Origin: Camelus dromedarius
Taxonomy: Eukaryota
Direction of reading: 5' to 3'
Length of the DNA: 64,000 nucleotides
NCBI RefSeq assembly: GCF_036321535.1
Contig: NC_087437.1
Span: 96,908,001 to 96,972,000 of the forward strand
In this document: in pieces, positions 24,081 to 35,960 of the stretch
Layout: every line of letters begins with the position of its first letter
How positions within the stretch are numbered: the stretch's first letter is position 1
Notes under the pieces: model-generated
Database searches by the model: none
What the model saw: only the letters and a program-made list of their open reading frames with translations
What the model was told of the DNA's origin: nothing
Position numbers and translations under genes: made by a program

Positions 24081-25630
24081 TGTAATAGTTTAATAATATG
24101 ATCAGACTTACCATCTTAAAAGGAAAGAAGAAAAGCTTGCTTCACAATAAAAGAAACCTTCAAGACAGATATAACCACAGTAGGAACAATGTTGCATTTT
24201 TATTATTGATTAAAAGGATTTGACCATGACATTTCATTTATCAGATTTCATTTCTCATTTCATGAAAACAATGCACATTTTAAAAGTATATGTGTGGCTT
24301 CTCACATGTATATTTTCTTTGAAAAGTTTTTGACTTAATTTTCAATGATTATAGTATTTATTATGATTTTTATTAGAATTGCAGGCTCTAATCATGAGTC
24401 CTTCAGAATTTGTCTATACCAAAGATTTTAGAACTATTATGAAACAGAGTGTGCACACAGAGAAATTTCAGCCTCATCCCATTACTGTATTCATTCAAAT
24501 TTCTTTGAGTCAGTTGTTGATGTAAGTATAAATCATTGACTGTTAAAGACATAAGATTCCCATTAACAAAAATGGAAACCAATTGAATCCTCTGGAACTG
24601 GTACAAATCATCACATGAGTCAGTCCACTCTGGCAAATTACCATGACATGATGATTATAGCATCCCTTAAAAGGTACTAAATTGTAATGCATTGACCACT
24701 CTGTGTTCACCTCACTACTCTGCTAACTCAATAGTCCACCAATAACAAAGTAAACTTAAGATAAATCGTAACAAAAATTAAAGTATAGAAAAATCAAGAT
24801 CTACTTTTTTAACTTGGATCCCCAAAGATAACTTAAAAATTACGAGATATGATGAGGTGTGGGGGAACTACTCTAATAATGGAAAAATTTACCTAATAGG
24901 TGTTTTCAAAAATATATGTGTGTATGCTTATGTGTATATACAGATACATATTTTTTTCTTATTCTTAATAATTGCTTAGTGACTAATATAAAAATAATCA
25001 TGAGAAAGCACCCTGCCCTTGTGAATGCACCTCCTTAGATATGACTATTACAGATTCTGGAGAACAATACAAACACAAAGAACTCCTAAAAATATAATCT
25101 GAAATTATGGAGTAAGACTGCCTTATAAACAAAGCTCACATCATATGAGGCAGTTCTGCTGTCTCAATCACTCTACACCCCTGAAGAGGGCCCACAGCAA
25201 ATATATGCCTTATGCTGATTTATGTTGTTTACTAGAAAATGTTAGAACTAAGTTCTTCATTCTTCTGTGGTTAAGGCATGTATAAATATGCTGGTGTCAA
25301 TACATGTTTGTTACTATCTTTAACATTTCCATACTGTAATTTCAAAAACAGGATTACAATATTTTTCAAAGTAGAGAGTAAAAATTGATATTATGTTAAG
25401 CATTTTATAAGAAATGAGAAAATTCTTAGCTGTAAAATAAATAAGAAAATCCCTTGTTTCAAAAATAGCAAATTAGTATTTTTAAAAATTTTCTATAGTA
25501 CTCTCCCTCTCAATTTTAAACTTATTTTCAATTTTTTTTAAATTATAAAAAGCATAGTCATTTTGTACAATGTTGTTGATTATTGTTTAGCCAAGAATGA
25601 AAAATCAAATACTTTGTGATACTTAAATAC

Positions 25631-25880
25631 TTTGGGAGTTCAAGATTTGCAGATACTAACTACTATATATAAAATAGATAAACAACAAGTTTAAACTATA
25701 TGGCACAGGGGACTATATTCAATATGTTACAGCAATCTATAAGGAAAAAGAATATAAAAAAGGAATATAAGTATGTATGTATATGTATATGACTGAAATA
25801 TTATGCTGTACACCAGAAACTGACACATTGTAAACTGACTGTATTTCAATAAAAAATGGAAAAAAAAAATTTAAAAAATA
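25631..25880 (+). mobile_element. L1 3' UTR terminus (cetartiodactyl/camelid type), heavily 5'-truncated
   Basis: tttgggagttcaagatttgcagatac...gctgtacaccagaaactgacacattgtaaactgac...aataaaaaa plus A-rich tail; homologous to 33060-33290. Confidence 0.92.
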
Positions 25881-26074
25881 GTTATTAACTTTGATTTTGA
25901 CTTACATATATGGTCTGGGGGAAATGGTCTTTATTGTGAGGATTCTTTAGGTTCCGTGTTTGAGTTTGTTTTTAGGATTCAGACTAATTGGAAATGTGGA
26001 AATGACATTATCAAAAGGAGAAAACAATATTGTGCATTGCAGAATAAAAGAAACGATAAACAAATACCTTATGT

Positions 26075-26369
26075 CAGTACTGTCCAAGAAAAATAGCATG
26101 TGAGTGCCACATACGTAGTTTTAAATTTCCTAGTAACTATATTAAAAATATCAAAAAGGAGCAGGTGAAATTAATGTTAACAATATAGCTTATTTAACCC
26201 AATATATCCAAAATATTATCATTTCAACATGTAATCAATCTAAAAAATTATTAACAACATATTTTCCAGTCTTTCATGTATCCTAACTCTTTAAAATCTG
26301 GTTATGTTTTCACTAACAGCACATCTCAATTCGGAAATGTGATTAATAGCTACTCTACTGAACACACAG
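26075..26369. mobile_element. MER33 (hAT-Charlie)
   Basis: cagtactgtccaa...aacccaatatatccaaaatattatcatttcaacatgtaatcaat...cagcacatctcaattcgga. Confidence 0.92.
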
Positions 26370-26879
26370 CTTTAGAGGACTGGGTAGCAATGCTCTTGGA
26401 CCCTACCTTTTACAATAAATTTGCATTTAAGGCAAGAGAGGTACAAATATACAGGAGGTATCAAAAGGAAGAAATTATCACAGTATCATAAATTTAATAT
26501 TTGCCACTCTGTATGTGAAAACATACCAAAAGAATTTTCAGTTGTGGAGTCAAGGGCAAGAAAGTAGGTTTGGAAGAGCAGCTGAAGGAGGTACAGGAAC
26601 ATACATCTTTTTTATTGGTGCCCTGTGTCCAACACTGATTGCTGCCATTAACTTGTAAGAAAAAAATCACCTGAGTGGGAGGCATCGCGCTGTATATTTT
26701 ACTCATAGAGTGTCTATTTTCTTTGATTCAGACTTATGGTTATTTGAAAAAAAGAATAGTTTTAGAAATATTAATTTGCCAATACCCATGTGTTTTAAAG
26801 TTAATCCTTCTGCTCTCTCCCTTACATTCTTTGTTCCTCTGAAGCCTTCGCAACATGTGCCTGCAATATAAATAAATAA

Positions 26880-27110
26880 ATTCTTGTATATTGGGTGTAA
26901 GGGTGCATATTTATGAGAACCAGGCGTGGGGAGAAGTCAAACTGTGAAGAGAGCATTACTCACGTTACTCATGGAGGCCCCCGACCCTCTGAAATACCCT
27001 CAGCTGTTCTGAAAACCACAGAAAACCTATTTGTTTATGGAAGTGTGCCAGGTGTTTCTTTTTCATAAATTCGTAATTGATTAATCATCATCATCTAGAA
27101 AAAAGGGGCA
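26880..27110. promoter_or_regulatory. Putative enhancer block
   Basis: E-box CAGCTG 27001, RUNX AACCACA 27014, FOX/HOX TGTTTATGG 27032, paired-homeodomain palindrome TAATTGATTA 27074-27083. Confidence 0.4.
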
Positions 27111-27884
27111 ACACTACGATGAGAGGCTGTATTTTCCATCTGTACATTAGATAAATAGAATATTTCAAGTGAGAAATGATGCAGAGAAAAAGAGGGAGTG
27201 AGGAAGAGAGAAATTACGAGCACAAAGTTAGGCAAGCGGACTTACAATTTAACCATAGTCTGTACTCTCAAGCTGTTTGAATTTTACATCTACTAAGTAA
27301 AGCCTTGTGAACTGACAAAGTCTGCGAATATTTCACTCTAGAATTAGGTTTTTAGGTTTTTTTTGGAATAACAGTCAATCAGAAGGAACGAAATAAAACA
27401 TGGCGTGATCATGTTTTAAAACTGCTATAATTGGAAAATAATATCAGATAATAGTATCTTACTAAAATTAGTTGTGAATAAAATAGAAAATTGACATATA
27501 TATATATATATATTTCAAATGGCAATTGTCTTCCTTGGAATCTTCTAGTATTTATTTAAAAAATGGAAAGTGGTCCTTAAGAGAGATGGTAGGAGTGGAC
27601 AGAGCATCTAGACACTAAACTAAACCATGAAAGAGATGAGTGGACATGGTAAGTTACCATAAAGACCTTTTCTGAAGCCAAATTACTTTAAATAAAAGAC
27701 AATGTCCCTGCAATGGATAGCAGGGGAGAGTAATTTACCTACTTGGCTGTACACTGGAAAATCGGGTGAATTTTAGCAGGGCCTGAACCACATGGTAAGA
27801 GACAACAAAGGAATCAAACATGGGTAGCTCACTGTGAAGACTACAGTTTGAAGAACACAAAGCAAATATTAAAAGTGTATTTCA

Positions 27885-28025
27885 AATATAACAATAAATG
27901 ATTGCCAATTAACGAAAAAAATGACCATTGTCTTTTTGTTTCCCACTGTAGTTTCATTTTGGCCTTTGTTCTGACTCATGATTTACAGGCGAACAATAAA
28001 TCACTGTAAACAATAAATGATACAT
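27885..28025. promoter_or_regulatory. Putative SOX/HOX/FOX/AP-1 enhancer block
   Basis: Three AACAATAAAT, CCATTGTC, CTTTGTT, TGACTCA, TGATTTAC and GTAAACA within about 130 bp. Confidence 0.5.
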
Positions 28026-28059
28026 CCTATTTACAGAATAGGTCAGTGTACATTACAGA

Positions 28060-28226
28060 TAGAGCTCTGAGTTGTTCAGCCCACCAACCAGATCATCATC
28101 ACCATCATCTGGGCATTAGTTAGAAATGAAGACTTTCAGGCCCTACTCCAGACCCACTGAATCAGGATCTTAATTTTGACAAGATTCCCAAATGATTCGA
28201 ATGCGTATTAAATGGGGAGAATTGCT
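28060..28226. mobile_element. MER5A/MER5A1
   Basis: catcatctgggcattagttagaaatgaagactttcaggccctactccagacccactgaatcag...aagattccccaaatgattc. Confidence 0.85.
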
Positions 28227-28632
28227 CCACATGATGGTTTTTCACTTACATTTCATGGGGTTTCATTAGATCTAGCTATATTTTGAGAGTCATGTATACC
28301 AAAACCAAGATGAATAATTGGACAAGCCAACAAAACTTTTGTTTTTGGTTGTGGAATGTTGCTATGAGTTTTGCTGAGTCTGTATGGCCATGGTGGAAAG
28401 TCACATTTAGGGGAAAAAAAACTCCATGATGTGCTTTTAACTTAAATATGTTTTGGCTGATATTCTTCTTCTTAATCTACAGAGTTCTGAAGAATAAGCT
28501 GAAGATTCAAATTAACAAGTTGTATTTTTATTTAACTATCTTCAAGTCCATAAAGGGTTACTATATAGAAAATTTCCTTAATCTGATCAAGACATATAGA
28601 TTTATTTAGCCATGAGAAATGACTTTATCCAT

Positions 28633-28668
28633 GGGTGTGTGTGTGTATATGTGTGTGTGAGTGTGGGT
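28633..28668. repeat. Imperfect (TG)n
   Basis: Visible. Confidence 0.85.
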
Positions 28669-30639
28669 ATGTTGCTAAACACTTAAAATATCATTTCACA
28701 GATGCTTTTAAAAAAGGAAAATAAATTATTTAAAATATCTACCTAGATTTTATAGCATATGATTTCGTTAACTAAACTAGCCTGTAATTTAACACAATTA
28801 TTAATTTCAACTAAATTTTGATTATGTTAAATCTCAACAAGTTACTTATTTAAAAAACCTTTCATCTCAAACATGAAGTGATTTTTACTACATACTGCAT
28901 AGTCTAGAGTTTTCTAACAGTTCTCTGACACCAACAAAACATACTAACGTTTCAGGTAACTTTTCATCTAATAAGTACTTCTACAACAAAGAAAAGACTA
29001 AAAGTCAACTTCCAACTTGATTTAAATCAAGAAAGGAAACAAGTCAGTACATCAATAAAAGATGGGGGTCCATTCATTAGTGACAGAATGGAAGAATGAG
29101 ATAATTTGCTTTAGAAAATGTTGCATAGGGCAGATTACTCCAAATTGTACTTTTCAGACTCTGACCCCAGAAGGCTCTGAGAATAAGTGTGCACTGTACA
29201 AAATAAGTTTGGGGCAATCTGAGGAAGTCACAGTACAGATTACTATGCTACATTTCTGACATTTCTAGTTTAAAAAAAGAGAAACACACATAACCATTTT
29301 ATCAGCATTTTCAAACTTATTTGATTAACGTGCTCTTTATATTTTACTGTAGAACATACACTGATATTCATAGAATACTTTGGGGGATGCCATTTGAAGT
29401 CATCAATATCTATAGTATCAGTTCCAATGAGATAAAAGCAAATTTTATATCACATTAATGTGCCAATGTATAGACATTTCTTCCTTTGCTACCAAAAAAT
29501 ATTGTCCCTTCTATCAATCTTCAGTGAAAAATCCAAAAATGTACATTCCACATTCATCAAAAGCTAATGTGCACAAAATAGCAACTGAGAATTAATATTT
29601 GATTACTATTATTTGATAATGTGAACACTTCAATGACATTCTGTTTATATGAATGTATATATGTACAAACTGAAGTGGAGACTAGAATATCTATGTGATA
29701 CACTTCTCTCACATTCATGATACATAAATGCCAATATGATACGTTGCTTCAAAACTACAACAATAAAAAATTTACTTCAGAAAGAAAAATCAACAGAAAA
29801 AAAACCCCAGAAACAAACACACAAAAACCAGTGTTATACCCTGAGAAGTATTTTATAAAAATCAACTTTGTATGCACTTTTCATTATGGAAGTTGTTCTG
29901 GACTAAATTAGTCCAAAGTAGTACATGGAAAGGAAAGAAAGAGAGTATATTTTTATTCTTTGTGTCATTTAAAACAAAAATTTCCTTCCATTTCTATTTT
30001 AATCTCACGAATCTATGCCACCCATATATTATAAACGACAATGTTCGTGATGCCTACTTTGCAAATCATTTTTAAAACAAGATGTATGATTAGAGAAATT
30101 AATCACTTACTCATTTTTTTATGGATCTTGACTGGCTAATGCCACTAAGCTACAAATTTTACTAAGTATTTATGTAGGAGAAACATATTTCAGGATTTTT
30201 TTAAATAACAAAAGCAATAAAGTAAAAAAGTCATCCATTCTTAGAAGGTAATTGAAAACATACTTAATGCATGAATATTCTGAACTTCAATCACTTAACT
30301 AAAAGGTTTTTGTCATACTTGTTGATTGATAAGAGTTAATACAAAGAAGATAGACTGAAAGCAGAAAACTAATGATGGTAACTATTTTAGGTGTCTTTAA
30401 TCACTTTTGTTTTGAGTGTCAGTTAATACAATTAATTTTCCTGTATTTATTATATATGTAGCTCATCTTCTTTTCCCATGTATTGATTCATTAATCTCTT
30501 CATAAATTGGATAAACAGTGTGAAATGTGAATGATATTTTCACCTTGTAGAAATCCTTTCACTTCTCAAGCCACATAGGCTGAGTTTCTCTCCTATTGTC
30601 ATTCAGCAGGTCGATATTAGAGCCAAGATACACAGTCTA

Positions 30640-30900
30640 CCATTCCCTAGTCCTACATATGTCTACAGAGTATTCAATTACCCACCAGAGAACAATGGCA
30701 AATATAACAATGATTTATGGTAAATCGTTAGTCATTGTTCTAGTAGCCGTTTATCCCAATGAGCGCTTAGACTATTTAGAAATTACTGCACTTCCACGGC
30801 CATTTTATTTTTAAGGAAAATATCCATTGAGGATATCAGCAAAATCACGACAGTTCAGGAGTCTTGGCAAGCACATTGTCCAAAGTTGGGGAATGTGTGT
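30640..30900. promoter_or_regulatory. Putative SOX + PBX-HOX enhancer block
   Basis: AACAATGG 30691, AACAATG 30706, TGATTTATGG 30711, CATTGTT 30733, CATTGTC 30874; retained CpGs; TE-free. Confidence 0.5.
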
Positions 30901-31559
30901 CATTATAAAAATAACAACTGGGAAAAATGCCACCACTTTGCCTTGCTCACCTGTGTTCAGTGATGTCCTGAATCACTGCTTGTCTTTTCATTTCTGAAGC
31001 AAGTCATCCTGCAAGTTTCCTTTCCATGATTTTCTTCCTCTTCCTTTACAGGAACATTCCAGTTAAAAAACGGCTAGCCTCCATGTTTACACTGTTACTT
31101 CCTACTCTAAGTTCTTAGATTAAAATAGGAATTATTATTAGGATTATTAGAATATTATTAAAAGATTACAGAATCTTGGACTCATAGAGCTAGATCAGAC
31201 TTTGGAGAGCACCCATTGAACTGGTAATTCTCACTTGTGTGTGAAGTGAATTAGAAATACGGATGTATGTAAATGTCTAGGTCAGAGTTTCCTTTTGCTA
31301 ACAGAACCTGGAGTAAGGTTTGTGTTCAAGTTCTCATGAGGAAGAAGTTTACCCCTGAGACTTCAGGCCACAGGTGAAGGGATAATAATGATAGCCAATT
31401 TACCTGTGAATTTAGAAATATAATAATGCAGATAAAAGTATTTGAAAATATATTATGATTGTTGATAGCTATCAAGACATAAATTAAGACCTAAAAAGGA
31501 AGAGTGACTTTCCTGTAGGCATACAGACAGAGTTGGGACCAGTATCCTGATTGTGACTC

Positions 31560-32119
31560 TGATTGGTTCTATTTACTACTTCTGTGTAATAAATTACCTC
31601 AAAATTGAGTGGCTTAACACAATTTTATTTTGCTCCCCATTTTGTGGGTAAGGGATTGGAGAAGAGTTTGGCTGGATCATTTGCTCTTGGACTGTCTCAT
31701 GCAGTTGTTATCTGATGTCAGCTGTGGTTGGCTGTAGTCATCTGAATTTTACCTGAACTGGACTTCTGAGGTGTCTCATAACTTGGCTGGCAAGTAATGC
31801 TAGCTCTTGGCTACGAGCTCACCCTGGGGGCTTTCTACTGGAACACCTACACATTGGCCTCTTAAACATGAAGGTCTCAGGGTAGTTGCACTTCTTAAGT
31901 GGTGTATGGCTTCCCCCACAATGAGAGTGCCAAGAGAACCAGGCGGATGCCAAAGGTCTTTTCATGAACTAGCCTTGGAAATCACTGCTATCATGCTTTA
32001 TTGGTTGAAGTACTCACAGTTCTGCCCACATTCAAAGGGAGATGACATATATAACCCCACATCTCAATGGCAGGAGTGTCAAGAATTTACAACCATTAAA
32101 AAAAAAAAAAAACAGCATA
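31560..32119 (-). mobile_element. MaLR solo LTR, MLT1H/G-like
   Basis: aaattacctcaaaattgagtggcttaa...gtctcatgcagttg...accccacatctcaatggcaggagtgtcaagaatttac. Confidence 0.88.
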
Positions 32120-32676
32120 ATCTGGGTTCAGTCTGGCAAGCCATATTGTATTGTATCCTTTCACTCCTACTGAGAAATGTTATGAAAAGTTATCATTTCC
32201 CTGTTTTCCTGGACAGCCAGGTGTAACAGTTTGCATGTTAGAACTACACTGGAAATAAAAAAGTGTCATATACTTAATATTTAAAATTAAGCTACATATC
32301 AGTCATTAAAAAACCAACAAAGTATAACCAAGTACTGCTATGTGAGGGCCTTAAACCTAGGTACTGAAATTACAACTACCAAAGGAAAAAAAATGTCCTC
32401 AGGCTCTATTAGGAAAGGCAAAAAGCAAAAATGGAGTTGAAAATAATGTTGCTAAGTTGCTTTAACAGAAGTATGCATGCAGTCGGCTATGGAAGGGCTT
32501 TACTGAACAGGACATTAAAGAAATGGTTTCAGAGGTTTGTGGTTAGAGGAGCATCTGGAGGAATCCTGGACCAGAAAATTGGCCAGACATCTCCCTGACA
32601 AAAGACATGACATTCCAAACATATACATTAGAGAAGACAAAATGTCAATACTCAATTTCTTGTATGAGTTGTAATT

Positions 32677-32790
32677 GAAAAGAATCTAAAGGGATATATA
32701 TATATATGTATTAATGAATAGCTTTGCTGTACACTTAAAACTAACACTTCAATAAAAAAAAATAAGAATTAAAAAAAAGCAACAACAAAA
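32677..32790 (+). mobile_element. L1 extreme 3' end with A-rich tail
   Basis: gaaaagaatctaaa...atgtattaatgaatagctttgctgtacacttaaaactaacac...aataaaaaaa. Confidence 0.75.
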
Positions 32791-32971
32791 TCTACAGCTC
32801 TGCCAAACCAAAAAAGAAAAAAAAAACCCCAAAAAACATGGAGTTAAATTTGATAAGGCTATGGTATGAGATACATATGTAATTAAAGAAAATGAGTCTG
32901 GAAAATTGTGTCAGAATTTGAAGCCTTTTCTATCACGGTCAGGAATTTATGTATAAATATATACAGGTCTT

Positions 32972-33293
32972 CACTATGAACTCATCTACAAAACAGAAAC
33001 AGACTCGCAGACGTAAACAATCTTATGCTTACTAGGGAAAGAGGGTAGGAAGGGATAAATTTGGGAGTTTGAGATTTACAAATGTTAGCCACTATATACA
33101 TAAATGGATTTTAAAAGTTTCTTCTGTATAGCATAGGGAACTATGTTCAATATCTTATAATAACCTTTAATGAAAAGGAATGTGAAAATGAATATATGTA
33201 TGTATATGGATGACTGGGCCATTGTGCTGTACAGCAGAAATTGACACATTGTAATGACTGTACTTCAATTTAAAAATAAATGAATAAATAAAT
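32972..33293 (+). mobile_element. L1 3' UTR (camelid type), 5'-truncated
   Basis: atgaactcatctacaaaacagaaacagactcgcagac...gtatagcatagggaactatgttcaatatctt...gaaattgacacattgtaatgactgtacttcaat plus (AATA)n tail. Confidence 0.93.
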
Positions 33294-33949
33294 ATGGTCA
33301 TTGATAATGAATGATGTAACGCAATTGAAAAGCAGAAGTTAGTACTATAACATTTCTGTGGTGATACTTTTAAACAGTGGAAACAGTGCAGTTAAAAACA
33401 TTTCAAAGTAGCCAAAAGTGCATAAAGTTACGAATAGAATTTTGTACAGAGAGGAAGCATACAGAAATAAACCATGGATGCTTAACACAAAGCCTAACAT
33501 AAATGGAACTAGATTGAAATCAGGTGTTGACTTAATTTAACTTTGTCATGGCATGTGTTGGGTTATGTTGGAATCGTCCAGTATTTGCATTACATATAGT
33601 AATCAAGACGGAGCAAGCAACAGGGAGAATGGATTCTACATTTTAATTCTCCAGGGATAAAACACATGGCGCTCACGTCACCTGGCTCCTGTGATTTTTA
33701 ATGCATGTGAGCTGGCTAATTAAAGTGAGTGAGAGTTCCTTAGATCAGGTATAAAGCACAGATCCTTTGTGGTTAAAATTTTCTGCACATGGAATGTGTT
33801 AAAGCAGGATAAATATACAGGATGTTTTTTACAGCTCAAAGACTTAATTATTTATAAGAAGAAGGTCTGCTAAAAATAAATGGGATGCAGGAAAATAATT
33901 CCACAAGCCAAGTGGGACTTCACTCCTCAGGCTCAGTACAATGGAAACT

Positions 33950-34101
33950 TGCTCCCCAAAGTGTGTTCTTTAGAGCAGAAACATGTGCATCAGATGGGAG
34001 CTTGTGAGAAATGCAGACTCTCACGTCCCACTGAATCAGAATCCACCTTTTAATCAGATTCTCAGGTGATTATCATGGACATTAAAATTTGGGAAGCACA
34101 G
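33950..34101. mobile_element. MER5A/MER5A1
   Basis: cttgctccccaaagtgtg...gggagcttgtgagaaatgcagactctc...ctgaatcagaatcc...cattaaaatttgggaagcac. Confidence 0.88.
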
Positions 34102-34399
34102 ATTGTGGGGAAAGGATGCTGTAGGCTTAGGATAACCTTGAAAGCTGTATTATAGATCTTTGCATTTGTTTTCATGAGTTGGTTGCAAGAGCATGAATCA
34201 AATCTTGAACAGGAGGAAAACACATAAAGGAATAAGGATTAGAAAAAATTCAAACAGAAGGGGTCAAATAAGTAATCAAGAAGGGGTAGCAATTCATAAA
34301 TAAAATTGCTACTTATATCTATATCGATCGATCGGTTGATCGATCAATATACATTTGAATATGAATTAATGGACAGTTAGAAGTAGCTTTAGACTGCTA

Positions 34400-34565
34400 T
34401 TAAGTGACTAAGACAGTGGCTGGCACGTGGTAGACATTCAATATTAATATTAATTGAGTGAATAAGCTTTACATATATCACTTTATCATAGAAAGTAATT
34501 TTGCACACATTATTTCACTTTGAGTCTCACAACATCTCTGTGAAGTAGACAGAATGAGTAGTTGG
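34400..34565. mobile_element. L2 3' end (+) abutting a MIR fragment (-)
   Basis: cagtggctggcacgtggtagacattcaatatt; tttgagtctcacaacatctctgtgaagtag. Confidence 0.6.
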
Positions 34566-35739
34566 CATCATTAGACAAATGCTTTCAACTTGTCTACTTT
34601 GTAATAACTTAAAATCAACAGGTATGACAAAACCTTTTAGTGTGTAATTGATGTTAAGAATATTCATGCATTAAAGATTGCATTTTCAATTGTCTTTGAA
34701 GGAGGATAATTCTTACATGTTACTGCCTTTGTTTAAGAAAGACTAGGATAGTTCACTGCTGTGTAAATGCTAACTACCTTAGAAGAGTGAATGTACTCAG
34801 TTTAATTAATTTATCAAATCATCTTACCTTGTTACATCAGGATTTAAAACAGGCATCAGGAACAACGCAATTTAAAAATATATGAGGGAGCTAGGTTGGG
34901 GACATACAACACTTTGTCATTACTGAAATATGAATGAAAATAGGATGGTGCTGTAGGTGACTCTGGGAACACTTTGCATCTCTTTCTCTTCAATGCAGAA
35001 CATTTGGCCATTTAAGCCCAGTACAACCTCCAAAAACAACTGTGTGCTCTAACGTAAGAGGCATAAAAAACAGGATATTGAGAATGTTAAAGTCCAGAGA
35101 AATACTTGTACTGAGCACCCATGTATATCTGGAACATATTTTCAACATAATTTGCCTCTCAAAACAGCTTGCTCATGTTAAAAGAACAAATAAAAGTTGG
35201 AGTTTTTGTTGCAGAGAAAGGACAAACGTAATTAAAGAACATATAATTGCTTTATTCTATTAGATAAATATTTGACTTACAAAAGGTATACTGAATTATA
35301 TATTTTACTAAATGAACAGTTCTTTCTTAAGATATTGGGTTTTTTTCTATTGTTGAGGACGTAAGTTTGTTACTTGACAAATCAAAGATCTTTTTTTAAA
35401 ATTCATTGTGCAATCTGATTCTTCCAATGTATTGTTCATTTTAAATTTGCTCAAATTCATCATAAGCAAAAATAATTACATAAAATCACTTTAAAGGAAA
35501 ATTGAAGGTTTTTTTTTCCCCATCATTAGTTCTAATTGTTTAAGTGCTTAAAATTCATATTTTTTTAAACACCTAAACTGGATACTAATCTGTGAAATCA
35601 AATAGAGTCAATCATATTATGAAGTTCAACTTGCACTGAACTCTACCCAACTACGTGATTTGGAGAATTTTCTCCTGAAGATGAAACAAACTGTTTTACT
35701 TCATTGATACCCATAAGTGTCCAGTTATATTATCCAATA

Positions 35740-35960
35740 AAAACAATAATTATAGTTGTTACCATGTTTTCTACACCGGTTATGCACCAGGCACAGTTCT
35801 GAACACTTAATATACAATGCCTCTACTCTCACAACCATCATTCAGAAAATGTCATTATCCTCAATTTATAGAATAGGAAATGGAGGGTTAAAGAAAGTAA
35901 ATTGGCCCAAGTTCTCAACTCAGACTATATTCTAGCTACTGTGTTCTTCTCACCACGCTC
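35740..35960 (-). mobile_element. MIRb
   Basis: tatgcaccaggcacagttctgaacactta...attatcctcaatttatagaataggaaatggagg...aagtaaattggcccaag. Confidence 0.8.

Noticed and set aside
29400..30540. Possible minus-strand 3' UTR (U-rich texture)
   Set aside because: No upstream terminal coding exon found; composition alone is insufficient
31807..32226. 139-aa ORF
   Set aside because: Lies largely inside an MLT1 LTR with a poly-A-derived Lys run; chance ORF
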